The notes beneath the pieces were generated by a model. The model had not been told where the DNA came from. It saw nothing but the letters and a program-made list of their open reading frames with translations, and did not search any database. Position numbers and translations under genes: made by a program. Of a DNA stretch of 61,697 nt, positions 31,045 through 42,765 are shown one piece after another. The DNA comes from a virus (taxonomy: Duplodnaviria; Caudoviricetes): positions 1 to 61,697 of IMG/VR virus record IMGVR_UViG_3300047550_003451; one strand, given 5' to 3'. The first letter of the stretch is position 1, and every line of letters starts with the position of its first letter.

Positions 31045-34000
31045 TTAGGTTGTTTCAATACTCAAAACAAAGGGTGTTATTATACCCAATACACTTTTGT
31101 TGAAAACACGACCAGTCAAAGTACCACTGTTTTGATTGATTACTAATCCGTTACCAATACGAAAATCCCCCTTGTGATCAGTGCTAGTGTAATATACCTT
31201 TCCGCCCTTACGCATAACTACCTCATTGGATTGAACAGGAACACCTCCCAGTTTTGGTAAACACGTGTTGATGTCTGTGCCTGAGCCAACATATTCAAAG
31301 GTATGACTGCTGGCACTGGCCATACTTACCTGATAAAAGTTAACCGTTTCATAATCCAAGGGACAAAATTCCAATGATTCTTCCAAAGTTACAATAGTCT
31401 CTTTGTCCACAATGTAGCCCAAGGCATAAGCTCCACTACCTACCAGGTCACCTGCTACAGCATCCACAACTTGTGCTATTTTTTGTGTAAATGATTGCAG
31501 TTCAGCGGAACTAAATGTACCAGAATAGGTAGTGATTATATATTGTGTGAGCTCGGCTTGCAAGAATGCTTTGTTTAATCTTATCAGTTGGCTGGCACTG
31601 TTGAATCCTGAAAGTTCCGGTCCATTGGCAATGATAGCATTGATAATATCCACAACTAATGTAAGGGCATTGTTGATTAAAGGAATGCGAGTGGGAGATT
31701 GAGCCAGGATGGTTGTGTCTCGCATGAGAGTTTCAAGCTGATCAAAAGCAAGTTGAGTGGGCTGGGATTGAGCAACAGGAAGTTTGCTGACCATGCCATT
31801 CCAATATGCTCTGCCAGCTTTCAAACTATGTGCTATGCCTCCATGCTGTAAATCATAACTGATAGCATCAATCACATACCCTATATCACGGCTGCATTTG
31901 GTTTGGTCATAGGTCAACGAGGGATAGTTTGAATTAATCCAGCTTATCACACTACTTCTAAGACTGGTTCTGTTTGTTTGTAACCTTGTGTTCACATCAT
32001 CATATAGTGCTTGTTGAGCACTATTATTAGATGCTGCAATATATGTAGTTATATTATCAAAGAATGTAGTCACAGCAAGCGCGGCTGATATACCGTTAGT
32101 GAGGCTGGCATCGCTTTGAGGAGATACATTGGTTTGAAATGGTGAGCCTGGGTAACCTGCAGGAGCGTTGGTATTATTTTGAATTAAATTCAAACACCAA
32201 TCCCGCGCGTAATTGATGGCTGCAATTGTGGCTGTTTTTTGCGGAGAGTTAAGAGCCAGCTGCGTATATGATTTGCCTATGTCAAAGCCAAGACTCTCAT
32301 TACTAGTCATGCCAGGTGTGTGTGCCAGGCCAGTGGCAATCAAAGGACTACTAGATTCAACAGTGTAATATCTAGGATATAAAATAGCTTGTGCAATGGC
32401 AGGGCTGCCACCATTACCAATCACATCCCCGGCTATAGAATCAATCATTGTGCCTGCCAGTCTAGCTATATCTAACAAATCTATTGTCAGTCCAACCTGA
32501 ACAGAAGCCCAATTTACAGCCAGGGCCTGTAATAATTGTTTATTTTCTCTTATAATTTGGCTGCCATTTTGTAGATCCTGAATACTCAATCCAGTGTCAA
32601 TAGTATAATTCACAATATCCCATGCAGTGTTTGAATTTTCTAGAGCTCTAATACCGCCAGTATATCCTAGAGGAATAACTTGCACAACAAGGGTTTGTAA
32701 GGGGATCACAGCCTGCTTTTGAATAACCTGTGCCGCAAGTGATTTCAAGAAGGAAATGACATTTTTGACTTGTGTTTGTTGGCCTGGAATTAATGTTGTA
32801 CCATCATTCCAAAAAACATGACACGCCTGAATAGTCTTGACGTATCCAGCTACGCTTAGATCTATTGCAACAGCATCCACAAGTATTCCTATGTTCTGTA
32901 TCAATTCTATCAACTGTTGTGAGCTAAAAACTCCAGGATAAGTATTAGTCACATATTGTCTAATTTCTGCTTGCAAAAACGCTTTGTTGACCTGTAATAA
33001 TGATCTAGCATTGTCATAGGGTGCTAAAGTTGCACCATTGTAAGGAGCATAGTAAGGCGCAGTTGTAAAGTTATAGAAACTGGCAATGGTATTCCACAAA
33101 CAGTTGGTAATATTATTTGACAATGTTTGATAGATGGGATTTACAATAGGTGTAGTAATTTGTGTGGGATATCCCACTGGAATAGTCAAAGCTGTACCTG
33201 CTGTTATACTTGTAGTCCATGTACGAAGTTGAATAACCATGTTTCGCAGTATTGTTTGCTGGCTGTCAGCCAAAACAGTTAATGGACTGGATCCAGGCAA
33301 AACGCATGTGACACCATTCCAAAATGATCTGCCTGTGGACACAACCAAACTTTGTGCACCACCACCAGCAAATCTCACTTGAGGACCTGATATGTAACCG
33401 CTGCCTCCATCAGCAACACTTATGCTGTCTAGTCCCAAACTCAAATCAATTGTGCATCCACTTCCTCCTGCTGGATTGACTGTGGTGGGAGCTGCTGTAA
33501 TGCTGGGGATAACACTATAACGACCTGGTTGTAAAATTGCAACTTGTAAAACAGTGCCATTTACACCTGTAGCTGTAACACGCAATTTGATGGGTTGGCC
33601 TGTGCCTCCCACAATAGTAAGAATATCATTCACTTGGTAACCTATGCCACCGTTTGTGTATGTGTCAGTCACTAATGGACTGTCAGAAATCACTACATCT
33701 ACAGAATTAACTGTTGCATACACGGCTTTAAAATATACTATACTCACTGATGCACCACCCCCACTACTTCCGGAAAAAGTTATACTAGGAGTAAAACTAT
33801 AATTTTCGCCTGGATTGGTTATTCGTATGCTTGACACTGCGCCATTAACAACTTCACTAACAGCTGATGCACCCAGTCCCCCACCACCCTGTATGTTAAC
33901 AATAGGTTGAGATTTGTAACCATTGCCTTGACTGATCATAGAAACGGAAGAAATCGACCCTGATTCCATGTGAAAGTCTACTCTGGCTTTGGCTGTGCTT

Positions 34001-37000
34001 GCTCCTCCTCCACTTACAGTGAATATAGGACTGTAATATCCTTGGCCACCATCAGCAAGACTTACCTCCTTGATACCAAAATTGAGCGAGCAGGTAAATC
34101 CGTTTCCTGTACCAGTGGTGGTTGTAGGAGCACCACTCACAATAGGTAGTATATCGTATTCTCCCCTGCTGGATCCTTGAGTTCCATCCAGTAAAACACC
34201 AGTTACTGATCCATTCACATCCACAGTTAATACTGTGAGGATTACTGGAGTTTCTAAGTTTATGTCTGCAAATACGCCCCCTTCAACTGTAATCAAATCA
34301 TTCACACTATAACCTGCACCTCCTTCTAAAATTTCTACTGGATCTACTGCATTCACAGTGTATACCAATTGTTCAATTACAGCATTCTCCCCACTTACAT
34401 CGCGAATAGTCACACTAGCACCACCGGTATAATACTGACCTGAATTGTTGATTTGCAATGGGGAAGCAATTGTTCCAGTGGGAGCACTTATTGAGCTTGC
34501 ACTTACCTGTGCTTGTTGGCCAGCATATCCTATTGGAGGATCCACTATCACTGATGGTTCAGCTACATACCCATGTCCTTGATCCACAACAATAATCCTG
34601 TCTACATAACAGAATTCATCCGCAATACTAGCTACTAACCCCACATATGGACGATTGTTGATGCCGTCAACAACCATGTTGTTGACTCTATTTCTAGCAG
34701 TTCCTGCTTTGACATTGCCACCAAATAACCAAGGACTGGTGCCATCAGCCACAATACCCAAATCTCCAAAACTAGTGTTGCTATTGCTAATACTACAGTT
34801 GCCGCCTGTTTCTACCCAAGTTCCAATGCTACAGCATATTGTAAAGATACTAACCAATTGTGCGTATCCTTGATTTGTGATATGAATGCCTGGGCCGCCT
34901 TGGTTGAATTGTGTATATGAATCCAGCACCATGCTTTTTAAGCCGTGAGCAAGGTTGCCATCAACTTTCATTCCACCACCAGTTGTGTTGAAACAAGTGC
35001 AATTTTGCACATAGGGGGATGTGGTTATGGTGCCTGCTCCTCCCTCAATGCCTGGTGGCAAATCAGGATCACTTAGAGGTGGGAAAGCAATGGCATAACT
35101 AGGGGATTTGCCTCCTCTGAAACTGACACCGGCAATATAAACAGCATTGTTGACCCAAAAGAAGTCTTTTTCTGGATTGTTGTAGTAGAGATTCACACGT
35201 CTTAGATTGTCACCAATCACACCCACTCTTTCAGGCAAATAGATGGGATTGTTTTCATAATAATTTCCAGCCCTTATGAATATGGTTGTGAATGGTTTGG
35301 CAATTGCTGCTGCTGCTTTGACTGTTCTCTTGGCTCGATCTTCACTCAACCCATCATTGGCATCATTGCCATCTTGCGTAACATAGATAACATTTGTCAC
35401 CACAGGTGCTGTGCCCACAGCTGATCCGGTCACTAATAAATCGCCAATGCTCACTTTGGCTCCAGTCATCTCAGCTTGTAGACGAGCATTATTACGGCTG
35501 GGACTGGCTGTCACAGTCACCTGGGGAGTTTGTTCATACAGACTGCCTGGGTTGATCAATTCACAACCCACAATTCCATAACTGAGATTTACACTAGCAC
35601 CAGTGCCTCCTGGACTGCCTGTCTTGATAACAGGATTTTCTGTAGTTGTTGGTACAATAGAATAATATCCAGTGTCAGCTATGGCCAAACTATCAATTTC
35701 ACTGGTTAAATTGAACAATGCTAGAGTACCACTACCATTCTTGACTGGGTTTTCTATCATTTGAGGCAATATTTGATAAGGACCTTGGCGTTGTATAGTT
35801 GTTTGAGAAATTTCAGTATCAAATCGTACAATCAAACCATTGCCTGTACCACCCATCAGTGTATTAGCTTGCAAGCTGGGTGGTTGAGTATAGCTACCAT
35901 TACGAGTAGGTCTCCACGAAACATTTACTCTGGCATTGTTGCCACTACCGCCGTTCAAACTCAAGTTAACTGTATTACTACCTGTGGCAACTTTTGTGGG
36001 CAGTGCAGAGTATATTCCAGCCATGTTTATGGGTTCAAAGTCTACTATTGCACCGCTGCTGACTGTTTTTACTATCAATTGTGCTTGCATGCCAGCTAGG
36101 AATGTTCCTGCTGTAGTGTCACCAATGACTGCTCCCCCGCCAATGGTCAGCACGTCGCCAACTGTATAGCCTCCTCCTGCATTGTTTATGCTAATGCTAG
36201 CAAGTTCTTGATATTCAACAATCTTGGTGACCGCTCCTCCTAGCACGATTCTAACAGTTTGTGGAAGCTGAGCAGTAAAAAATACAACATGTGTTATGCT
36301 GCTAATTACAGTAAAAGTATAGTCTGATACATAATTTTGTTTACTACCAGCCACAGTCACAACCAAATTGTTCAGCTGATCAAATCTCAAAAGTAGTCCT
36401 GTGCTATACTGGGTTGTTGCAACACCAGCTCCAAAGGACAAATTTAAAATGATTGGATCAGCTTTGAGCGTGTATGTGGCAATTTCTGTGCCATTACCAC
36501 CAAATACCTCTACTACTTGATCGTCCTGATAACCCCATCCACCTTGGATAATTTCTGGCAAGATCAAACCTACTTCTGTAACAATGATAGTGGCAGGTGC
36601 AGGACCCAAACTAGAGTCTCCTGCAACTGTCAACACATCATTGGGTTTGTATCCTATGCCTTTGTTGTCCGGATCCACAAGGGCTGATCCTATTCTCACA
36701 GTGTCCACTCTCAAATAAGTGGGGGCAACAGCCATGCCACCTTGCACTTGTAAAATATCCCCCACATCATAACCTGTGCCACGATTGTAGGGGAATGCCA
36801 TCACAGCGCCCATTCTAGCTTCAGCTTGCGCTTGCACTCCAGCTCCTGAGGGGGGATCAATTGTGATGGCCGGCACACTGGTGTAACCTCCACCACTGTT
36901 GCGAATACTGATGCTGTTGACTTGTCCTTTTGCGTTGAGATTGAGCACACCTTGGTTGAGTATGTTGGTCACAGTATCATTGTTAATTTCAACTTGATCT

Positions 37001-37797
37001 ATCAAAATTTTGTCTGCAATCAGTTTTGTGCCATCAAATCTCACAGCACTGTTGCCAGCTAGTGTGCCAGCGTTGTTGTATTGCACACTTTGATCAGGTC
37101 CAGCTGGTTTGGTTGTGCCTGTGGGACCTGCTGGACCAGTGGGTCCGCCCGCTGGCCCTGCTGGCCCTTGCGCACCAGTTGCTCCTGTGGCACCTGTATT
37201 GGTGGCTGAGCCAGGCACACCAGTAGGTCCTTGTATGCCTGTTGCACCAGTTGCACCTGTGTTGGTAGCTGAGCCTGGTGCTCCAGTATGTCCAGTTGGA
37301 CCAGTTGGTCCTACACCACTGGCTCCTGTGGGTCCAGGATTGCCCATGCCTGGACCAGTGGCACCAGTAATACCTTGCAAGCTTACCCATTTGGTGCCCT
37401 GATAAAACTCAATGGTTTCCAAATCTGTATTGTAGCGAATCATACCACGACTGGAACCCACAGGAGCATTGCTGGGACGTTGAGCTGTACGGCCAACTGG
37501 CAATTTGAGTGCACTTGTACCAGGCACATCAAATGTATAGGCTAAATCTGTGGGTCTGAATCGCGTGACCACAAGTGTGCCACTGGGATCGCTTGTGAGA
37601 GTGACAGCATCACTCTGCACAGGACCAGTTCCTCCCAGCCTTAGAGTCAAATTTTGAGCAGAATTCAATTCAGTACGTGCAATTTCCAACTGCGTTCTGA
37701 TTTGAGCAAAGTTATCTCTCAGTTCTTGACTGGGATTGTCGCTGTTGGCTACGGGCACGTTGGGGTTGATGGCATCAGGATCTATGTTGCTGGTCAT
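31045..37797 (-). CDS. Giant virion structural protein (2250 aa; baseplate/fibre-like)
   Basis: SQELRDNF N-terminus, collagen segment, many I..GG.GY...P repeats, [10 protein letters not shown] beta-helix region, [12 protein letters not shown] helical repeats. Confidence 0.78.
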   Translation of the reverse strand: MTSNIDPDAINPNVPVANSDNPSQELRDNFAQIRTQLEIARTELNSAQNLTLRLGGTGPVQSDAVTLTSDPSGTLVVTRFRPTDLAYTFDVPGTSALKLPVGRTAQRPSNAPVGSSRGMIRYNTDLETIEFYQGTKWVSLQGITGATGPGMGNPGPTGASGVGPTGPTGHTGAPGSATNTGATGATGIQGPTGVPGSATNTGATGATGAQGPAGPAGGPTGPAGPTGTTKPAGPDQSVQYNNAGTLAGNSAVRFDGTKLIADKILIDQVEINNDTVTNILNQGVLNLNAKGQVNSISIRNSGGGYTSVPAITIDPPSGAGVQAQAEARMGAVMAFPYNRGTGYDVGDILQVQGGMAVAPTYLRVDTVRIGSALVDPDNKGIGYKPNDVLTVAGDSSLGPAPATIIVTEVGLILPEIIQGGWGYQDDQVVEVFGGNGTEIATYTLKADPIILNLSFGAGVATTQYSTGLLLRFDQLNNLVVTVAGSKQNYVSDYTFTVISSITHVVFFTAQLPQTVRIVLGGAVTKIVEYQELASISINNAGGGYTVGDVLTIGGGAVIGDTTAGTFLAGMQAQLIVKTVSSGAIVDFEPINMAGIYSALPTKVATGSNTVNLSLNGGSGNNARVNVSWRPTRNGSYTQPPSLQANTLMGGTGNGLIVRFDTEISQTTIQRQGPYQILPQMIENPVKNGSGTLALFNLTSEIDSLAIADTGYYSIVPTTTENPVIKTGSPGGTGASVNLSYGIVGCELINPGSLYEQTPQVTVTASPSRNNARLQAEMTGAKVSIGDLLVTGSAVGTAPVVTNVIYVTQDGNDANDGLSEDRAKRTVKAAAAIAKPFTTIFIRAGNYYENNPIYLPERVGVIGDNLRRVNLYYNNPEKDFFWVNNAVYIAGVSFRGGKSPSYAIAFPPLSDPDLPPGIEGGAGTITTSPYVQNCTCFNTTGGGMKVDGNLAHGLKSMVLDSYTQFNQGGPGIHITNQGYAQLVSIFTICCSIGTWVETGGNCSISNSNTSFGDLGIVADGTSPWLFGGNVKAGTARNRVNNMVVDGINNRPYVGLVASIADEFCYVDRIIVVDQGHGYVAEPSVIVDPPIGYAGQQAQVSASSISAPTGTIASPLQINNSGQYYTGGASVTIRDVSGENAVIEQLVYTVNAVDPVEILEGGAGYSVNDLITVEGGVFADINLETPVILTVLTVDVNGSVTGVLLDGTQGSSRGEYDILPIVSGAPTTTTGTGNGFTCSLNFGIKEVSLADGGQGYYSPIFTVSGGGASTAKARVDFHMESGSISSVSMISQGNGYKSQPIVNIQGGGGLGASAVSEVVNGAVSSIRITNPGENYSFTPSITFSGSSGGGASVSIVYFKAVYATVNSVDVVISDSPLVTDTYTNGGIGYQVNDILTIVGGTGQPIKLRVTATGVNGTVLQVAILQPGRYSVIPSITAAPTTVNPAGGSGCTIDLSLGLDSISVADGGSGYISGPQVRFAGGGAQSLVVSTGRSFWNGVTCVLPGSSPLTVLADSQQTILRNMVIQLRTWTTSITAGTALTIPVGYPTQITTPIVNPIYQTLSNNITNCLWNTIASFYNFTTAPYYAPYNGATLAPYDNARSLLQVNKAFLQAEIRQYVTNTYPGVFSSQQLIELIQNIGILVDAVAIDLSVAGYVKTIQACHVFWNDGTTLIPGQQTQVKNVISFLKSLAAQVIQKQAVIPLQTLVVQVIPLGYTGGIRALENSNTAWDIVNYTIDTGLSIQDLQNGSQIIRENKQLLQALAVNWASVQVGLTIDLLDIARLAGTMIDSIAGDVIGNGGSPAIAQAILYPRYYTVESSSPLIATGLAHTPGMTSNESLGFDIGKSYTQLALNSPQKTATIAAINYARDWCLNLIQNNTNAPAGYPGSPFQTNVSPQSDASLTNGISAALAVTTFFDNITTYIAASNNSAQQALYDDVNTRLQTNRTSLRSSVISWINSNYPSLTYDQTKCSRDIGYVIDAISYDLQHGGIAHSLKAGRAYWNGMVSKLPVAQSQPTQLAFDQLETLMRDTTILAQSPTRIPLINNALTLVVDIINAIIANGPELSGFNSASQLIRLNKAFLQAELTQYIITTYSGTFSSAELQSFTQKIAQVVDAVAGDLVGSGAYALGYIVDKETIVTLEESLEFCPLDYETVNFYQVSMASASSHTFEYVGSGTDINTCLPKLGGVPVQSNEVVMRKGGKVYYTSTDHKGDFRIGNGLVINQNSGTLTGRVFNKSVLGIITPFVLSIETT

Positions 37798-37831
37798 TTG
37801 TTCACAATCTCAAAGATTTGCAATATTTATT

Positions 37832-37987
37832 GTCTGCCGCGGAAAGCCTGGGCAATAGATCCCCTGGATGGATAGCGGATTGTGATGCAAATATTTTTTT
37901 TGAATTAGGGTGAACTACTGTTGGTCCAACAGTAGTTCAACCAACGGAATACCGCTCACTGGCTTAGAAACCAGTAACGGGATAGCC
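37832..37987. repeat. Cluster of IS ends: left end, perfect 29-bp palindromic right end, second left-end variant
   Basis: GCCGCGGAAAGCCTGG...GGATAGCGG; TGAACTACTGTTGG-T-CCAACAGTAGTTCA (37911-37939); CTCACTGGCTTAGAAACCAGT..GGATAGC. Confidence 0.78.
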
Positions 37988-38036
37988 AATAACTATAAAT
38001 ATGTGTGGTGCCCAACTCTCATAAGGAGAACGCCAG

Positions 38037-38792
38037 TTGAATAGAAGATTGAAACGCTCTACTAGAGCCAATCCTCGCGAAGATCGTATGGTTATGCACA
38101 AACATGCACATACCCATAATATCATTGAACTGTCTCAGTTCAACCAATCACTTGAGAAAGTTTGTTTGGTTCCCAAAAACGTGAATCAGGAAGCATACAT
38201 CGACAAACTGGAAGACCCACACGTGAACATTGTGTTTGCTGTGGGACCAGCTGGTTGCGGTAAAACAATGTTGGCCAGCCTGGTTGGCATACAGGAACTG
38301 CGAGCTGGTAGGGTGAAAAAAATCATCATAACAAGGCCAGCAGTAAGTGTGGATGAACAACATGGATTTTTGCCAGGTACGTTGGTAGACAAAATGCAGC
38401 CCTGGGTGCTGCCCATTTTGGACTACTTTTATCAATACTACAGCAAAAAACAAGTGTTGAGCATGTTGGAAAACGACATTATAGAAATAGTGCCATTGGC
38501 CTACATGCGTGGTAGGACATTTCATCACTGTTGGATTATTGGTGATGAATTTCAAAACAGCACCCCCAATCAAATGAAAATGTTGCTTACTCGAATCGGA
38601 ATGGGCAGCAAGATTGTGGTTACTGGTGACATACAACAACATGATAGAGGTTTTGAATTGAATGGATTGAAGGATATTGTGGGCCGTATAGATAATCAAC
38701 AAGCATTGAGTGTGTGTACATTTGACAATAGAGATATTGAACGTCATCCTGTGATTGACATTGTATTGAACATATATCAACAACCAGCTTGA
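38037..38792 (+). CDS. phoH: PhoH-family ATPase
   Basis: GPAGCGKT, ITRPAV, GFLPG, PLAYMRGRTF, DEFQN, GDIQQHD; TATAAATA and AAGGAG upstream. Confidence 0.95.
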   Translation: MNRRLKRSTRANPREDRMVMHKHAHTHNIIELSQFNQSLEKVCLVPKNVNQEAYIDKLEDPHVNIVFAVGPAGCGKTMLASLVGIQELRAGRVKKIIITRPAVSVDEQHGFLPGTLVDKMQPWVLPILDYFYQYYSKKQVLSMLENDIIEIVPLAYMRGRTFHHCWIIGDEFQNSTPNQMKMLLTRIGMGSKIVVTGDIQQHDRGFELNGLKDIVGRIDNQQALSVCTFDNRDIERHPVIDIVLNIYQQPA

Positions 38793-38848
38793 TCTACAGG
38801 AGACAGCAGCAACATATAACTTTGGGCACATTGTTGCTGCTGTCTTGC

Positions 38849-39036
38849 GTGAACTACTGTTGGTCTAAACACCAACAGCTTCCTGCTTGATCGTAGTGGC
38901 TGACAGCAGACCCCAATGAGTGACAATATCTGTGACCACATCCACAGGCGCTGGGGGCAGTTCCTGCCCTGCATGATCTAGTGTGCACGGTTGATATCCC
39001 CAATTGCGAATATTCACTGCTGCATTTGTTCGTGAT
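38849..39036 (-). pseudogene. tnpB: tnpB 3' remnant plus right end
   Basis: TNAAVNIRNWG...; ends CTGTTGGTGTTTAGACCAACAGTAGTTCAC. Confidence 0.85.
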
Positions 39037-39083
39037 CTTCCGCTCTAAATAATAAATAGTCCAAATTGTCAGAGTCAAGATTT

Positions 39084-39584
39084 ATGATGGATACAACCAA
39101 CAGTGCTTCAGAAGTTGTGAAAAACTTGTCTGCCAAGGATGACTTGTTGAACATTCTCATGGATGTGGAAAGTTATTTGGATGAAAGCAATTTGTATGTG
39201 TTTGATAATTGGATTGCTGGTGTGATCGTGAGTGGACCCATAATTAAAAAATATTGGATAGACATTATTCTCAAGTATGATCACAAACAAATGCCTGATC
39301 CTGATGGCGCTCTCAGACTCATACCTCATGGAACCAAAGTCAGATATCAAAAGGCTCATGAACAAGTGCCAGTTGAGGTCAAAACTCCGGATGATTATCA
39401 ACCTGGTACCAAAAAACCACGCATGAAAAAAATACCCATATGGTTGGTTCACATGCGCATTCCTAGACGGTTTGTGGATGCTATCCATCAAGATATACTG
39501 AACCAATATGAAGATCAAGTGGACGCGCCAGAGGATCTGCAAAATGCTCAAGATCAATTCATGCAAGGAGGCTCCACACGATGA
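39084..39584 (+). CDS. Hypothetical phage protein
   Basis: LYVFDNW..G.IVSGP..KYW...MPDPDG.LRL; TAAATA upstream. Confidence 0.75.
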   Translation: MMDTTNSASEVVKNLSAKDDLLNILMDVESYLDESNLYVFDNWIAGVIVSGPIIKKYWIDIILKYDHKQMPDPDGALRLIPHGTKVRYQKAHEQVPVEVKTPDDYQPGTKKPRMKKIPIWLVHMRIPRRFVDAIHQDILNQYEDQVDAPEDLQNAQDQFMQGGSTR

Positions 39585-40297
39585 AAGCTCTGTTGGAAGG
39601 TTTGCGCGAAGGCGATTTGGAAAATATGGTATTGCCCATGCTAAGCATTGATGAATTTGACAGCAAGATTGACAATAACCAAATCATAGTAGTGGCATTT
39701 TTTTGCATGGAAGAAAATGCTGCACATGATCTCAGCAATTTTATTGAACGCAGTCCAACCAATGTGATTGACACAGACGTAAGTCCTGCACCAAATAGAG
39801 AAGGTTACTATTTGACTTTTGTGGAAATGCGCAGAAACAAATTGTTTGTACAATTATTATTACAGCTTTTACAAGAAGTCTCCAAACTCACACGTGTGTC
39901 AGATTGGCAATTTACTAGTTTTGCATTGCCCAAAGGCAAAATTGTAGAACTCAACCTGCACAATCTGCAAAAGCATGTGAAACTCAAAGCAGATCCCACC
40001 AATATGAAAGAAAAATTGCAAGAGTTTTTTGCTGCCAGCAGCTTGCATGATTTCCAATTGCAAGAAAACCACTTGATACTCTCTAGAGCAGGCATAGTTC
40101 ATGAATATGAGCTGGGTGATTTGATTGTTGATCGATTGCCAGAAATCACCATGTGCATGGAAAGCAATGCTGCCAGTGCTGCATTGCGATTGAGTAGGCT
40201 GTTGGATGGCACCTACAACGTACATGCAGTCATGGATGGACTGTTGGTTGAGAACACACAACTTGATCATTTTTTGCATCTAAAAATTGCCTCCTAG
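39581..40297 (+). CDS. Hypothetical phage protein
   Basis: LEGLREGDL...SIDEFDSKI; start overlaps the upstream stop. Confidence 0.75.
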   Translation: MKALLEGLREGDLENMVLPMLSIDEFDSKIDNNQIIVVAFFCMEENAAHDLSNFIERSPTNVIDTDVSPAPNREGYYLTFVEMRRNKLFVQLLLQLLQEVSKLTRVSDWQFTSFALPKGKIVELNLHNLQKHVKLKADPTNMKEKLQEFFAASSLHDFQLQENHLILSRAGIVHEYELGDLIVDRLPEITMCMESNAASAALRLSRLLDGTYNVHAVMDGLLVENTQLDHFLHLKIAS

Positions 40298-40333
40298 CTT
40301 GATCTAGCATGCTCATCCGTCTACACTTGTTTG

Positions 40334-40613
40334 ACAAACACAGTTTAGACATGATGGCTAGTGGCAGCCATTGGCGGAAGGGATGCTGATCGCATCAGGA
40401 ACGCAACCCAAACAAACCTTCCTGTGAGGTTTGACCGGGAAGCACCTTTGTCCCAATGACATATAACTCTCCAGAGCGAGCCCGGAATATGATCAACCAG
40501 CGGGATCAGTTGATCTTCAAATTATCTTCTCATGTTAGGCATGAGCACAAGGATCGCACTGAAGTGTCATGGTCAACGATCAGGAATCAATGTTGGGTTG
40601 GCTGATTTTCCCA
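40334..40613 (+). ncRNA. Candidate structured non-coding RNA (unassigned)
   Basis: No ORF; TTGATC-N17-TACACT promoter upstream; at least five hairpins and an 8-bp long-range pair. Boundaries approximate. Confidence 0.45.
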
Positions 40614-40650
40614 CTTGATTTTGCCGCTGCTGAATCTTTATGGTTCGAGA

Positions 40651-40798
40651 TAGGCAACAGAGAAATTTCTCACCAGTACCGAGCAACCTGCTGGAGACTC
40701 TCTAGAGTCATGTTGTAACAATCACTGCTCAAGGAGGCGCCTCGTCAAGAGCACAACCCTACTATCTCCCTGCTATATAGCAGGGAGAGTATGTTCAA
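40651..40798 (+). ncRNA. Candidate stand-alone TnpB omegaRNA ending in an IS608-like right end
   Basis: TTGATT-N18-TATGGT promoter; hairpins; terminal TCTCCCTGCTATATAGCAGGGAGA-GTATGTTCAA. Confidence 0.5.
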
Positions 40799-40863
40799 TC
40801 CGCACCTGTCAAGGATATCCAAGGAATTGGTCATTAACACTCATAACTCATGGAATTGATCGC

Positions 40864-41043
40864 ATGTGGAAAGCCATTATTATTATTATCATCCTGTTTA
40901 CATTTAATTCATGGCCAGCACTAATGCTCCATTTGATTGAACTGGCATCAGCCTTGGGTTGGGCTATTAGCTCACTGATGGGTTTGCTGTTGCTGGGAAT
41001 AATTATAGCAGTGGTTTGGTTCAAAATTAATCGATTGACGTGA
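40864..41043 (+). CDS. 59-aa two-helix membrane protein (below ORF-track cut-off)
   Basis: MWKAIIIIIILFTFNSWPALMLHLIELASALGWAISSLMGLLLLGIIIAVVWFKINRLT. Confidence 0.5.
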   Translation: MWKAIIIIIILFTFNSWPALMLHLIELASALGWAISSLMGLLLLGIIIAVVWFKINRLT

Positions 41044-41088
41044 GATCAATTGCTGTTATATTGGGTTATCAATCAAGGGATTGAACTG

Positions 41089-41448
41089 ATGGAAGACGTT
41101 TGGAGCAAGCTGGCTCGCAATGCTTATACCAACCCGGAACCCTATCCTGCATTGCCTTACAAGCCTGTTCTGGCTATTGAGGCTAATTCTACTCAAATCC
41201 ACGATTATGCACACAAGCTAGAAGCACATGAGCAGGCTCTTGTGATCTTTGGGGCTCAGCAAACACAGTGGCATTTGCGAACGGTGGCACTGGAAGCTGA
41301 ATTTCGCCATGACCTGGAAAAGATCTACAACATGGTCAGCCACGCCAAGGCAGATCTGCTCTACAACAAGAGCTGGGATTACTGTCGCAGTGGTGACCTG
41401 CGTGACATGGCAGCAATATATGTTGATCTGATGGATCTGGTGCTGTGA
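41089..41448 (+). CDS. Hypothetical phage protein
   Basis: TTGACG-N16-TATATT promoter; AAGGGA RBS. Confidence 0.65.
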   Translation: MEDVWSKLARNAYTNPEPYPALPYKPVLAIEANSTQIHDYAHKLEAHEQALVIFGAQQTQWHLRTVALEAEFRHDLEKIYNMVSHAKADLLYNKSWDYCRSGDLRDMAAIYVDLMDLVL

Positions 41449-42086
41449 CTCACCGGCTGGCAAACATAAAGCAATTGAGAAAACCCAGCATTGAGGTTTT
41501 CTACAGTGAACGCAATGTGCATGATCATCTCAAGCATCTCACAGTGCCTGAACTACAAGAAATCACTGCCAACAGCACACTACCTTTTTGGGTAATGACC
41601 TTGAATGTTTTGGGCGACCTCAATACTGCCACTGTGATTAGAAGCGCCCATCTGTTGGGCGCTGAACGAGTGGTAGTTTTTGGTCGTAGGAAAATTGACA
41701 ATCGTGGATTGGTGGGAGCTGCCCATTATACACCCGTGGACAAAGTGTGGGCTGTGAACGACGATCTCTCCATTAATGTGAATGCGTTTGTGCAATTTTG
41801 CAAGGACAACCAGGTGGTTCCTGTGTTTATTGAACAGGGTGGTGAGAATTGTTTTCTCATGGATTGGTGTTCCACATTTGCCAAATATACACAGCAGCGC
41901 ATGAAACCCATGCTGGTTTTGGGCACTGAAAAGGATGGCATTCCCCAGGATATTCTGAACTGTGGGATTGATCTGGGCGGTACAATTGTGAGCATTCCTC
42001 AAAAAGGTGTCGTAAGGTCACACAACCTGAGCATGGCTTTTGCTATTGTCACTAGTCAGATGGTTGGTCAGTTAGGTTGGTATTAA
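41445..42086 (+). CDS. SpoU/TrmH-family RNA 2'-O-methyltransferase
   Basis: N.ATVIRSA..LG, LVLGTEKDGI, SIPQKGVVRSHNLSMA (SPOUT motifs). Confidence 0.88.
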   Translation: MTHRLANIKQLRKPSIEVFYSERNVHDHLKHLTVPELQEITANSTLPFWVMTLNVLGDLNTATVIRSAHLLGAERVVVFGRRKIDNRGLVGAAHYTPVDKVWAVNDDLSINVNAFVQFCKDNQVVPVFIEQGGENCFLMDWCSTFAKYTQQRMKPMLVLGTEKDGIPQDILNCGIDLGGTIVSIPQKGVVRSHNLSMAFAIVTSQMVGQLGWY

Positions 42087-42087
42087 A

Positions 42088-42426
42088 GTGAAGTCTGGAG
42101 CACTTGCATTGATTGGCTGTTTGATGTGTCAGCCTTGTGTGGCTGACAGCCTCATGTGGATCAATGGCCAAACAGTGGTTATTGACAATCTGGTGGAACC
42201 TGATCCACACAGTCAATGTGAGCTGGAACGCAAGGTTGTCTATGAGTTCAACCAAACGTTGAATATCATGCTCAGCAGCGATGTGAGTGTTCGAAAGATT
42301 GGAACCGATGCATTGGGCCGCTCTGTTGTCAAATTGGTGAATGAGATCGATGGTGGGGACGCAGTACAACTGTTGGTGAATGCCAATCTAGCTCGCACCA
42401 ATCAAAATCCCGTCTGGTGCAAATGA
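42088..42426 (+). CDS. Secreted protein, degenerate thermonuclease (SNase)-like
   Basis: Signal-peptide-like N-terminus; GTDALGRSVV...LLVNANLAR resembles SNase D-x-YGR...LV..GLA. Confidence 0.4.
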   Translation: MKSGALALIGCLMCQPCVADSLMWINGQTVVIDNLVEPDPHSQCELERKVVYEFNQTLNIMLSSDVSVRKIGTDALGRSVVKLVNEIDGGDAVQLLVNANLARTNQNPVWCK

Positions 42427-42555
42427 AAATTGTGAAATGCTTGACACACACAGCATTTCACAATAATATGAATTGAGCGTGGTGCTCAATCACAGTGTGG
42501 AATGGTTTCACACTGTGCTAACTCCCCAAGTGCGCAGAGCACAGGAGAAAATCTA

Positions 42556-42750
42556 ATGGCACGTAACATGGAAATCAAACAGCGTGAATTCGATCAGAAA
42601 TTTGTAGTCTGGGCTGAAATTGATCATCCAGATGCTGATCGAGACTGGTATGTGAAAAATGGACTGCCAGTACCCAATCAGTGGGTGGCTGTGGCAGTAA
42701 CCCACACTAGGGAAGCTGCTATTCGAGCAATGCGTCAGACTAAAATTTGA
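42556..42750 (+). CDS. Small hypothetical protein
   Basis: AGGAG RBS; upstream TTGACA promoter. Confidence 0.6.
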   Translation: MARNMEIKQREFDQKFVVWAEIDHPDADRDWYVKNGLPVPNQWVAVAVTHTREAAIRAMRQTKI

Positions 42751-42765
42751 TCAGTGTATGAACAG

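Noticed and set aside
40334-40613. tmRNA or RNase P RNA
   Set aside because: No tRNA-like acceptor/T-arm with CCA, tag frame, or GAGGAAAGUCC motif was seen.
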